Shown piece by piece: positions 28,766 through 36,914 of a DNA stretch of 42,387 nt (the stretch's first letter is position 1; each line of letters begins with the position of its first letter). The notes beneath the pieces are model-generated. The model saw nothing but the letters and a program-made list of their open reading frames with translations, was not told where the DNA came from and ran no database searches. The stretch is from an uncultured Sphingomonadaceae bacterium (GTDB taxonomy: Bacteria; Pseudomonadota; Alphaproteobacteria; Sphingomonadales; Sphingomonadaceae), in NCBI GenBank assembly GCA_964236935.1, contig CAXSHP010000003.1, forward strand, positions 1 through 42,387, written 5' to 3'. Both the position numbers and the translations under genes were made by a program.

Positions 28766-28937
28766 GGAATTCTCGCTCTGGATGGGTTAAATATGCAGAA
28801 TTACGCATCAATATTTACGTCTAGAGCTGCTTGACAGCGCACGATACGTGATCTGCCGATCCTGAAAGCCAATTGAGTAGCAGATCAGGTCCCGCTATTC
28901 CCCCGGGAATGGACAGTGGTTTTTTGGCAGCAGCCGG

Positions 28938-29930
28938 ATGAGCAGCGAGGGCGCAGGCCGTGTGTCCGTTCTGCAGCAGCTGGCTGCCATAATCCGCTGC
29001 CCGCGCTGCAGTTCTGCCGTCCGTGCGGTGGACGAAAAGTATTGGTGCGACAATCGCGCCTGTCGCTATCATGCGGGATTTCTCACATCGTCGGGCAAAC
29101 CTGTCCTGATCGACTTCGAGGAAAGCATCTTCACTCCCGAGGTGTTTATCCGCGATAGCGGGATCGTATTGGAGCGCCCGAAAGGCCGCGGAGGGATTGG
29201 CCAAGTCCTACAAAGGCTCATCTATGGTGGCAATCGCGTTGCCGCCGAGAAAGTCTGCATCGATCTGATCCATCTGGTGCAGGCAATGACGCCGCGCCCG
29301 CGCGTTCTCGTCGTCGGCGGGGGAACGATCGGCTCTGGACTGGAGGCGCTCTATGCTGCGGCGGATATCGAAATCGTCGGCACCGACGTCTATTCGTCTT
29401 CACACACCGCGCTGATATGTGATGCCCATGCCCTGCCGTTCGTCGACGCCAGCTTCGATGGCGTGGTGATCCAGGCGATCCTCGAGCATGTGCTGGAGCC
29501 GCAGCAGGTGGTCGACGAGATCCACCGGATCTTGCGGCCGGGCGGCGTGGTCTATGCCGATACGCCATTCATCCAGCAGGTCCACGAAGCCGCGTATGAT
29601 TTCACCCGATTCACGCATAGCGGTCATCGTTGGCTGTTTCGCCGTTTCGAGGAGCTGGACTCAGGCCCCGTTGGCGGCAGCGGCCTCGGACTGATCTGGT
29701 CGATCGCCTATTTCCTGCGCTCGTTGGGCGTCGGGCCGCGCCTCGTCGCGCTCGGCACCGCCCCGTTCTTCTGGCTCAGATTTCTCGAACGACGGGCATC
29801 GCGGGGCGGCGCGCTCGACGCTGCCGGGGGCGTCTATTTCCTCGGCACCCGATCCGATCGGACGCTGCGAGCGAACGAATTGCCGGCTTATTATGCCCGA
29901 AGCCGATTCGGCGAGGGGCCTCATCGGTAG
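28938..29930 (+). CDS. Class I SAM methyltransferase with Cys-rich (Trm112-like) N-terminus (MT4)
   Basis: IRCPRC and CDNRAC; VVGGG; DAHALPF; ILEHV; LRPGG; DFTRFT. Confidence 0.85.
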   Translation: MSSEGAGRVSVLQQLAAIIRCPRCSSAVRAVDEKYWCDNRACRYHAGFLTSSGKPVLIDFEESIFTPEVFIRDSGIVLERPKGRGGIGQVLQRLIYGGNRVAAEKVCIDLIHLVQAMTPRPRVLVVGGGTIGSGLEALYAAADIEIVGTDVYSSSHTALICDAHALPFVDASFDGVVIQAILEHVLEPQQVVDEIHRILRPGGVVYADTPFIQQVHEAAYDFTRFTHSGHRWLFRRFEELDSGPVGGSGLGLIWSIAYFLRSLGVGPRLVALGTAPFFWLRFLERRASRGGALDAAGGVYFLGTRSDRTLRANELPAYYARSRFGEGPHR

Positions 29931-29985
29931 CAACCGGATGATCGGGATGCTAATGCCCGCGTCGCTCGATGATATCGGAACGGTT

Positions 29986-30834
29986 ATGTCTTTTTCTGTC
30001 GATAGAGGAAATATCGATCAGGCGACGGTCGACGGCTTCGGCGAAGAATGGACGGCGTTCGACCAGACGAGGTTGACCGGCGAAGAATATGATCGCCTGT
30101 TCGACGCCTATTTCGCGATATTTCCCTTCGCGAGCTTGCCGCCCCGCGCCGAGGGCTTCGATCTCGGTTGCGGTTCCGGCCGTTGGGCCGAACGAGTTCT
30201 GGAGCGTGTCGGCAAGCTTCATTGCATCGATCCGTCGGCCAAGGCCCTGGAGGTCGCCGAGCGACGATTGCGCAACCGTGCCGGCGCCACGTTCCATCTC
30301 GCCGGCGTCGATGCGATACCGCTCGCCGACGGCAGCCAGGATTTCGGCTATTCGCTGGGCGTGCTGCACCATATCCCTGATACCGGGGCGGCGATGCGCG
30401 ACTGCGTTCGCAAGCTGAAGCCGGGGGCGCCGTTTCTCGTCTATCTCTATTATCGGTTCGACAACAAGCCGGGCTGGTTTCGTGCGATCTGGCGGATGAG
30501 CGAAGTCGGCCGCGCGGCGATCAGCCGGATGCCGTTCGGTCTGCGCAAGGCGGTCACCTCCGCCATCGCATTGGCGGCATATTGGCCGCTGGCGCGGCTC
30601 GCGCTCGTCGCGGAACGGTTGGGGCTGAATGTCGCCAACTTTCCGCTGAGCCCGTATCGTCAGAACAGTTTCTACACGATGCGGACCGATGCCCTAGATC
30701 GGTTCGGAACACGGCTGGAGCAGCGTTTCTCGCGCGTCGAAATCGCGGCGATGATGGCGCAGGCGGGGCTCGCCGATATCCGGTTTCACGAGGCCGTTCC
30801 TTACTGGGTGGCGTGCGGACGCAAGGCTCCTTGA
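29986..30834 (+). CDS. Class I SAM methyltransferase (MT5)
   Basis: GFGEEW, FDLGCGSGRW, GVLHHIPD and LKPG motifs; start uncertain (ATGs at 29938-29986). Confidence 0.88.
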   Translation: MSFSVDRGNIDQATVDGFGEEWTAFDQTRLTGEEYDRLFDAYFAIFPFASLPPRAEGFDLGCGSGRWAERVLERVGKLHCIDPSAKALEVAERRLRNRAGATFHLAGVDAIPLADGSQDFGYSLGVLHHIPDTGAAMRDCVRKLKPGAPFLVYLYYRFDNKPGWFRAIWRMSEVGRAAISRMPFGLRKAVTSAIALAAYWPLARLALVAERLGLNVANFPLSPYRQNSFYTMRTDALDRFGTRLEQRFSRVEIAAMMAQAGLADIRFHEAVPYWVACGRKAP

Positions 30835-31940
30835 TGCAGGGCGCCGAGCCAATTCGCGTATTGGCCTATATGAAATACGGAGCTCTCGCCGCCAGCACGC
30901 GCCAGCGCCTGCTGCAATATGCCGCGCCGCTGCGCGCCGCCGGCATCGAGATCGACTATGTGCCGCTGCTCGACGACGATCATATCGCGCGGATCGCCGC
31001 CGGCCGTCCGACGGCGAAGATGGCGACGGTGCGTGCCTATCTGCGCCGCTTCGGACAACTGGCGACGCGCCGCCGGCACGATGTGGTGTGGGTCCATTGC
31101 GAGCTGTTTCCCTATCTCCCCGGCCTGTTCGAGCGGCTGGCGGGGTTGGGCGGCAAGCCGATCGTCTACGATTTCGACGACGCCATATTCCACATGTATG
31201 ATCTGCACCCGTCGGGCGCGGTGCGCCGTCTGCTCGGGACCAAGCTGGCGCCGCTGCTGTCCGGTGCCGCCGCGGCGATCGGCGGGAACGCCTATCTTCG
31301 CGATTATGCCGCCCGCTACTGCGCCAATGCGGTCGAGATCCCGACCGTGGTCGATACGGATGCCTATCTGCCGGCACCTCGCCGGACCGACGCGAACGCG
31401 GTGGTCGGCTGGATCGGCTCGCCCTCCACCTGGCGCTATGTCGCGCCGCTCGTGCCGCCGCTGTGCGCGGCGCTGGCGGCCTCGGGCAGCCGCTTCAGGG
31501 TGGTGGGCGCGGGGCCGGGCGCCGAGGGCATCCCGGGAATGGACGCCATCACCTGGGATGAGGCGACGGAAATCGAGGAAGTCCAGGCCATGGATATCGG
31601 CATCATGCCGCTGCCCGACGATCCGTGGGCGCGCGGGAAATGCGGCTACAAGCTGATTCAATATATGGCGTGCGGCCTGCCCGTCGTCGCGTCGCCGGTT
31701 GGGGTCAATCGCGAGATCGTGACGCATGGCGTGACCGGCTTCCTGGTGGAAACGACCGACGAGTGGATCGCCGCGCTCGTCCGATTGATCGGCGATCCCA
31801 AACTGCGGCGGCGGATGGGTGACGCGGGCCGCGCCCACATCGAGCGGCATTATTCGCTGCGGTCGCAGGTCCCGCGGGTGGAGGCGCTGCTCCGCGCCGT
31901 GGTCGCGCCGCGTGCTCAGCGAACTCGGCCGGCTTCATAG
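30834..31940 (+). CDS. GT4 glycosyltransferase
   Basis: ASTRQR, YDFDDAIF, GWIGS, DIGIMPL and GKCGYKLIQYMACGLP motifs; TGATG coupling. Confidence 0.92.
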   Translation: MQGAEPIRVLAYMKYGALAASTRQRLLQYAAPLRAAGIEIDYVPLLDDDHIARIAAGRPTAKMATVRAYLRRFGQLATRRRHDVVWVHCELFPYLPGLFERLAGLGGKPIVYDFDDAIFHMYDLHPSGAVRRLLGTKLAPLLSGAAAAIGGNAYLRDYAARYCANAVEIPTVVDTDAYLPAPRRTDANAVVGWIGSPSTWRYVAPLVPPLCAALAASGSRFRVVGAGPGAEGIPGMDAITWDEATEIEEVQAMDIGIMPLPDDPWARGKCGYKLIQYMACGLPVVASPVGVNREIVTHGVTGFLVETTDEWIAALVRLIGDPKLRRRMGDAGRAHIERHYSLRSQVPRVEALLRAVVAPRAQRTRPAS

Positions 31941-32065
31941 CTCCGCGTTGGCGCAACCATGCTTGCCGCACCAACCGGCCACCGCTAACGGCTGAGTCGA
32001 TGCCGAGTTTCGTCACCCTGCTTGCCGGAACTTGCCCACCCGATCCCGCACGGCGGCGATAGATC

Positions 32066-33127
32066 ATGCTGGTCTACTGGGGAATGTTCGCGGTCCCTTC
32101 ACTCTTCGCATTGATCGGCGGGGAGCAGGAGCAGCAGGAGCGCGGCTCCGCCAACTGGCTCGGCCTGGCGGCCGTCTTCGTCGTCTTTTCGCTGCTGATC
32201 GGCCTGCGCTACGAAACCGGCGGCGACTGGGAAACCTACGATTCGATGGTCCTGGGTCTGGCCAACGAGGATTTCCTGCCTTCGTTGGCGACCGGCGATC
32301 CCGGCTTTGCCGCGATCAGCTGGGTCTCGAGCTATCTCGGGTTCGGCCTGAACGGCTCGACCACCTTTTGCGGGATCGTCCTGATGTATGGCCTGGTGCG
32401 CTTCTGCCGGGACCTGAGCGATCCCTGGCTGGGGATCGCGGCGGCCGTGCCCTATCTCATCATCGTCGTCGGCATGGGCTATATCCGCCAGGGCGCAGCG
32501 ATCGGCTTCATCCTCCTGGCACTGCGGCAATTCGATCGGGGTGACATCGCCAAATTCCTGGTGCGCGCCGGGTTGGCCATTCTGTTTCACATCACTTCGA
32601 TTTGCCTGCTGCCGCTGGTCGGGATCGTCATCTTGCGGCAGCGGATCGCCTTGCTGGTGCCGACGGCCGTATTGGCGGCCGGCAGCTATTATTTCCTGCT
32701 GCAGGATCGTCTCGACGCTCTCTACGCCGGCTATATCGAGGCGGAATATGATTCGTCCGGAGCGTTGGTGCGGCTGGTCATGAACGGCGTTCCCGCGGCG
32801 TTGTTCCTGTTTTATCGCAAGAGTTTTCGTGGCTCTCAGAATGCCCACCTGCTGTGGCTGCTGCTCGCGACAGTGTCGCTGGCGATGCTGCCGCTGTTGC
32901 TGGTTGTTCCCTCGACCACGGTGCTCGATCGGTTCGGCCTCTACTTCATTCCTCTCCAGATGTATGTCTTCGGTCAGTTGCCGCAGGTCGTCGGCGGCGG
33001 GGAGCGGGGCGCCCGCCTCGTGCGGCTGGCGGTGGTCAGCTATTACGCCGTGGTGCTCTACGTATGGCTGAATTACGCCGACTTCGCTTACATGTGGGTG
33101 CCGTATCGCTTTCTCTTGACGCAATGA
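32066..33127 (+). CDS. EpsG-family polysaccharide polymerase (Wzy-like)
   Basis: GLRYETGGDWETY, DPGF, IRQG, FHITS and terminal PY motifs; about 10 TMs. Confidence 0.85.
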   Translation: MLVYWGMFAVPSLFALIGGEQEQQERGSANWLGLAAVFVVFSLLIGLRYETGGDWETYDSMVLGLANEDFLPSLATGDPGFAAISWVSSYLGFGLNGSTTFCGIVLMYGLVRFCRDLSDPWLGIAAAVPYLIIVVGMGYIRQGAAIGFILLALRQFDRGDIAKFLVRAGLAILFHITSICLLPLVGIVILRQRIALLVPTAVLAAGSYYFLLQDRLDALYAGYIEAEYDSSGALVRLVMNGVPAALFLFYRKSFRGSQNAHLLWLLLATVSLAMLPLLLVVPSTTVLDRFGLYFIPLQMYVFGQLPQVVGGGERGARLVRLAVVSYYAVVLYVWLNYADFAYMWVPYRFLLTQ

Positions 33128-34260
33128 CGGCGGCGCGTCCGAAGCTCGTCATCAGTGCCAATGCGGCCTGGAATCTCGCGAATTTCCGATCCGGACTGAT
33201 CGCGGCGCTGATTGCCGCCGGATATGAAGTGATCGCCGTTGCGCCACCGGATGCTGCTGCGGAAAAGCGCCTCGCGGCACTCGGTTGCCGGTTCATCGCG
33301 GTTCCGATCGCCAGCCAGGGCGTCTCGCCGTGGCATGATCTGAGGACCTTTTTCGCCTATCTCCGCTTGTTCCGCGCGGAGCGGCCGGCGGCCTATCTCG
33401 GCTATACGATCAAGCCCAACGTCTATGGTTCGCTGGCCGCGCGGGCCTGCGGCGTACCGGCACTCAACAACATCTCGGGTCTCGGCACCGCCTTCATCAA
33501 GCGCAGCTGGCTGACCGTCGCCGCGAAGCTGCTCTATCGCGTCGGGCTGGCGGGTTCGCACACCTTGTTCTTCCAGAACGAGGCCGATCGCGCTTTGTTC
33601 GTCGCGGCACGCCTGGCCAAGGCGGAGCGTGCTCTGCTGCTGCCGGGATCCGGGATCGATCCTAGGCAGTTCCCGGCCGCCCCACCCCGAACCGCAGAAA
33701 CAGGCGCCGAGATCGCCTTCTTGTTGATCGCTCGGCTCGTGCGCGACAAAGGTGTGTTCGAATATGTCGAGGCGGCGCGTCTGCTGCGCGAACGGCACCC
33801 CCAGGTGCGCTGCCGGATCCTGGGCTTCCTCGATGTCGAGAACCGTACGGCGATCAGTCGCGAGACAGTCGCGAGCTGGATGGAGGAAGGCGTCATCGAC
33901 TATCTCGGCGCGGCCGACGACGTCAGGCCCCATATCGCGGCTTCCGATTGCGTCGTCCTACCCTCATACCGCGAAGGTACGTCGCGGGTGTTGCTCGAGG
34001 CCGCGGCGATGGCGCGGCCGATCGTCACGACCGACGTGCCCGGTTGCCGCGAGGTGGTGGAAGATCGAAGGACCGGTTTGCTGTGTGCGGTACGCGACGG
34101 GCGCTCGCTGGCCGATGCCATGGCGCGGATGGTCGAACTGGAAGGTGCGGCACGGACGGCGATGGGGCTGGCGGGGCGCGACAAAGTGGTCCGCGAGTTC
34201 AGCGAACACCTCGTGATCGACCGATACCTGCAGCGCATCGCGAACGCGGTCGCGCGCTAG
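33124..34260 (+). CDS. GT4 glycosyltransferase
   Basis: NFRSGLI, YTIKPNVYG, FFQN, GSGID and LPSYREGTSRVLLEA motifs. Confidence 0.93.
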   Translation: MTAARPKLVISANAAWNLANFRSGLIAALIAAGYEVIAVAPPDAAAEKRLAALGCRFIAVPIASQGVSPWHDLRTFFAYLRLFRAERPAAYLGYTIKPNVYGSLAARACGVPALNNISGLGTAFIKRSWLTVAAKLLYRVGLAGSHTLFFQNEADRALFVAARLAKAERALLLPGSGIDPRQFPAAPPRTAETGAEIAFLLIARLVRDKGVFEYVEAARLLRERHPQVRCRILGFLDVENRTAISRETVASWMEEGVIDYLGAADDVRPHIAASDCVVLPSYREGTSRVLLEAAAMARPIVTTDVPGCREVVEDRRTGLLCAVRDGRSLADAMARMVELEGAARTAMGLAGRDKVVREFSEHLVIDRYLQRIANAVAR

Positions 34261-34262
34261 CG

Positions 34263-35636
34263 TCAATCCGCGCGGGCATGTCTCCCGCGCGCGGCGGTCG
34301 CGGCGGACGCCGCTTTCCGCGGGGCGGGAACCGCGACCAGTCCCACCGCGAGGCCGACGATGGCTTCGATGGCTGCGGTCCGCGCCGGATAATCGACCAG
34401 GCTGTGGACAAGCACGACCCCGATGATGACCGTTCCAGCGCGGGCGAGGACGCCCGCACTTGCCTCGCTCGACCACACGGTCCGGCTACGACGCGCATAC
34501 CACAGCAGCCAGGCCGCAAGCAGTGCCGCGCCGGGAATGCCTGTTTCGAGCAGCAGCTCGGCATAATCGTCATGCGCATGGTTGACGTAGGTCGTCGAAA
34601 TCGTCTCGGGCTTTTCATAGCCGGCGTAGACCGGCACGAACGTGCCGAGGCCGGTGCCGAAGGGCAGATGATCGACCGCTGCCTCGAACGTCAGCATGTT
34701 GGTCGTCCGCCGCGTCACCGGATCGTGCAGGCTCAGCGTCTTTTCCTGGAAGCGGCCGCCGAGCGGGCCCAGCAGAGCGAACGCCAGCAAGATCGCGACG
34801 ACACCCATACCGGCGAGCGTGATCCACCGTGGAGTGGTCTTCACGAGTGCGTATCGCCAGACGGCGAAGCAGGCGAGCAGCACCGGCACAAGCATGATCA
34901 GACCGGCCAGCGAGTGATTGAGCAACAGCCCGAAGCACAGGAACAGCAGCAGTCCGAGCAGTCCCCACCGGCGCCCCGCGGCGGCGCGGCGGCGCGATTT
35001 TTCGTCCTGCGCCGCGAGCGCCGCGACGCATGGGAGAGTGGCCAGAAACATTGTGGCCAGATGATTGCTGTTGGCGAAGAAGCCGACTGCAGACGTGTCG
35101 TTGGTGACGTCATAGAAATAGAAGAGGGAATCCGGCCCCCCGCTCAGCTGCAGCCCGCCGACCAGGGTCGAAAGCGACGTCACGGCGGCCACCGTCACGA
35201 AACAGGCCAGGCGCGATCGGCCCGACGCATTTATCGTCAGCAGGACCATCGCGAGCGGGGGCAGCAGCCCGAGCCCGGCGGCGATGGTCCGATCGGCGTC
35301 GAGCGACAAGGACAGCGTCGGCAACGGCATGTCGAGCAGGCGATAACCGGCGGCGATATCGCCGCGTCCCGGCAGGTTGGACCAGATGCCCGCAGGCAGC
35401 GGGATGAGTTGATAAAGCACCAGCCCGGCAGTCGCCATGAGCAACCAGACCAGGGTCCGCGATGCAAACAGCTCTTCTCCCGGCCGTCGCCGCAGCGCGA
35501 AGCCGGCAAGCGCGATCACCGCAAGAATTTGGAGCAGTGCGTTGGCTGGCGCGCCCCCGGCGCTGGCGCCACCCAGCAGCAGACACAGCAGTAGGTAAGC
35601 CGGTGCCGGCACCTCGGAAAGTTTCAGTATCCGCAC
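34263..35636 (-). CDS. O-antigen ligase / Wzy_C family protein
   Basis: GFFANSNH, GTGLGTF, HAHDDYAELLLETG and HSLVDYP motifs; GTG start estimated (track ORF extends to 35735). Confidence 0.88.
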   Translation of the reverse strand: MRILKLSEVPAPAYLLLCLLLGGASAGGAPANALLQILAVIALAGFALRRRPGEELFASRTLVWLLMATAGLVLYQLIPLPAGIWSNLPGRGDIAAGYRLLDMPLPTLSLSLDADRTIAAGLGLLPPLAMVLLTINASGRSRLACFVTVAAVTSLSTLVGGLQLSGGPDSLFYFYDVTNDTSAVGFFANSNHLATMFLATLPCVAALAAQDEKSRRRAAAGRRWGLLGLLLFLCFGLLLNHSLAGLIMLVPVLLACFAVWRYALVKTTPRWITLAGMGVVAILLAFALLGPLGGRFQEKTLSLHDPVTRRTTNMLTFEAAVDHLPFGTGLGTFVPVYAGYEKPETISTTYVNHAHDDYAELLLETGIPGAALLAAWLLWYARRSRTVWSSEASAGVLARAGTVIIGVVLVHSLVDYPARTAAIEAIVGLAVGLVAVPAPRKAASAATAARGRHARAD

Positions 35637-35694
35637 GGGCGAAAGCTCCGGGACGCGCGGTGCGAGGGGGCGGTGGCCAAAAGGCTCGGCTCCC

Positions 35695-36913
35695 TCATCG
35701 ACGCGGCTTGACAGATATGGCGCCGAATTCCGCACTCACTTGCGCATTGGTTTCGCCGGGGACGCCGAACAGCGTCAGCGTCTGTGCCTTGCACTGCGCC
35801 GCCGGGACCGCGACGGGGATCCGGCGGGCGATCGGCGCCGGGCCCAACTGCGCGAACTCGAGCCGGGCGATCGGACCATGCGCGGGCAAGCAGGCAATCT
35901 CCCAGGCGAAGCTTCCGCCTAGGGCGCTTTCGCTGTTGCCGGTCGCGGCGGCCGTGAGAGCGTAATTGCCGGACGGGAGAAACAGCATCTGTTCGGCGAT
36001 GCGGGTACGACTGTCGCCAAAGAAATTCACCGCCAGCGCCGTTCCGGGCGGGACATGCGAATCGTCGATCATTTCGGCGGTGGCGCTGTCGCCGGGAAAC
36101 AGCTCCCAATTGAACGGCGGCGGGCCGGGCATCTTGTGGAACGTGCCATCGTAGACAGACGAGATCGCACCGAGCGCGTTGGCGGGCAGAAAATTGACCC
36201 ATGCGAGATAAGCGCGTTCATAATCCCGCTGCGCGATCAGGCCGTTGAGGAAGCCGCGTTGTTCCTCGACCCTCGCTTCTTCGGGCGATTTGGCTCGGAG
36301 TGCCGCGAACAGCACGGTCGGGTCGCCGCCGTGGCTGGCGACATATTGCACGAAAGTGCTGCGCCACGGCGGATTTGCCGCGAGGATACGATCCAGCGTC
36401 CCGCCGGCGCGCGGATCGCGGGCAATGAGATAGAGTGCCTGCATCAGATGGCTGTCGGTTCCTTCCTCCGACGGCAGCCGCAGAGCGATCGCGATTTGCG
36501 CCATCGCTCCGGCGACGTCGCCCGCTCGAAGATATTGTTCGATGAGGAACAGATGCGCGGGCACCAGGCGCGGATCGCGACGGCTCGCCTCGCGCATCTG
36601 CTGTGTCGCTCTGGCCGATCGGCCGATCGCCCGGCTGTGCAGCGCCGCGACGAAGAACGGGTCGCTCGACAAGGGCGCGTTCCGCATCGCGCCGGCCAGC
36701 TTCTCCATGATGTCAGGCTTGGGTGTTCCGGCAAGGCTCAGCCCTTCGCCTTCGGCCTCGGCGAAGCGCCGCCTGTGGCGACGATGCGGTGAGCAGCGAA
36801 AGGCCGGCTTCGCGGATGACGAACCACAGCAGCAGGACCGCGCCGAAAATCAGGATCAGCCGCGGCGGCGAGGCCAGCGGGTTCACGGCATTCGAAGAAT
36901 CACGATCGCTCAT
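35695..36913 (-). pseudogene. Frameshifted membrane-anchored periplasmic protein (helical/TPR-like N-half, beta-rich C-half)
   Basis: ORF 36713..36913 (N-terminal TM, starts 1 nt after the wzc stop) and ORF 35695..36708 are in different frames. The total span of 1219 nt is not divisible by 3. Confidence 0.65.
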
Positions 36914-36914
36914 G

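Noticed and set aside
28603-28824. 73-aa plus-strand ORF in the AT-rich patch
   Set aside because: It is antisense to the motif-bearing MT3 N-terminus and has no recognisable features.
31949-31963. Sigma54-like TGGCGC...TGCT upstream of the polymerase gene
   Set aside because: The GG-to-GC spacing is one base short of the strict requirement.
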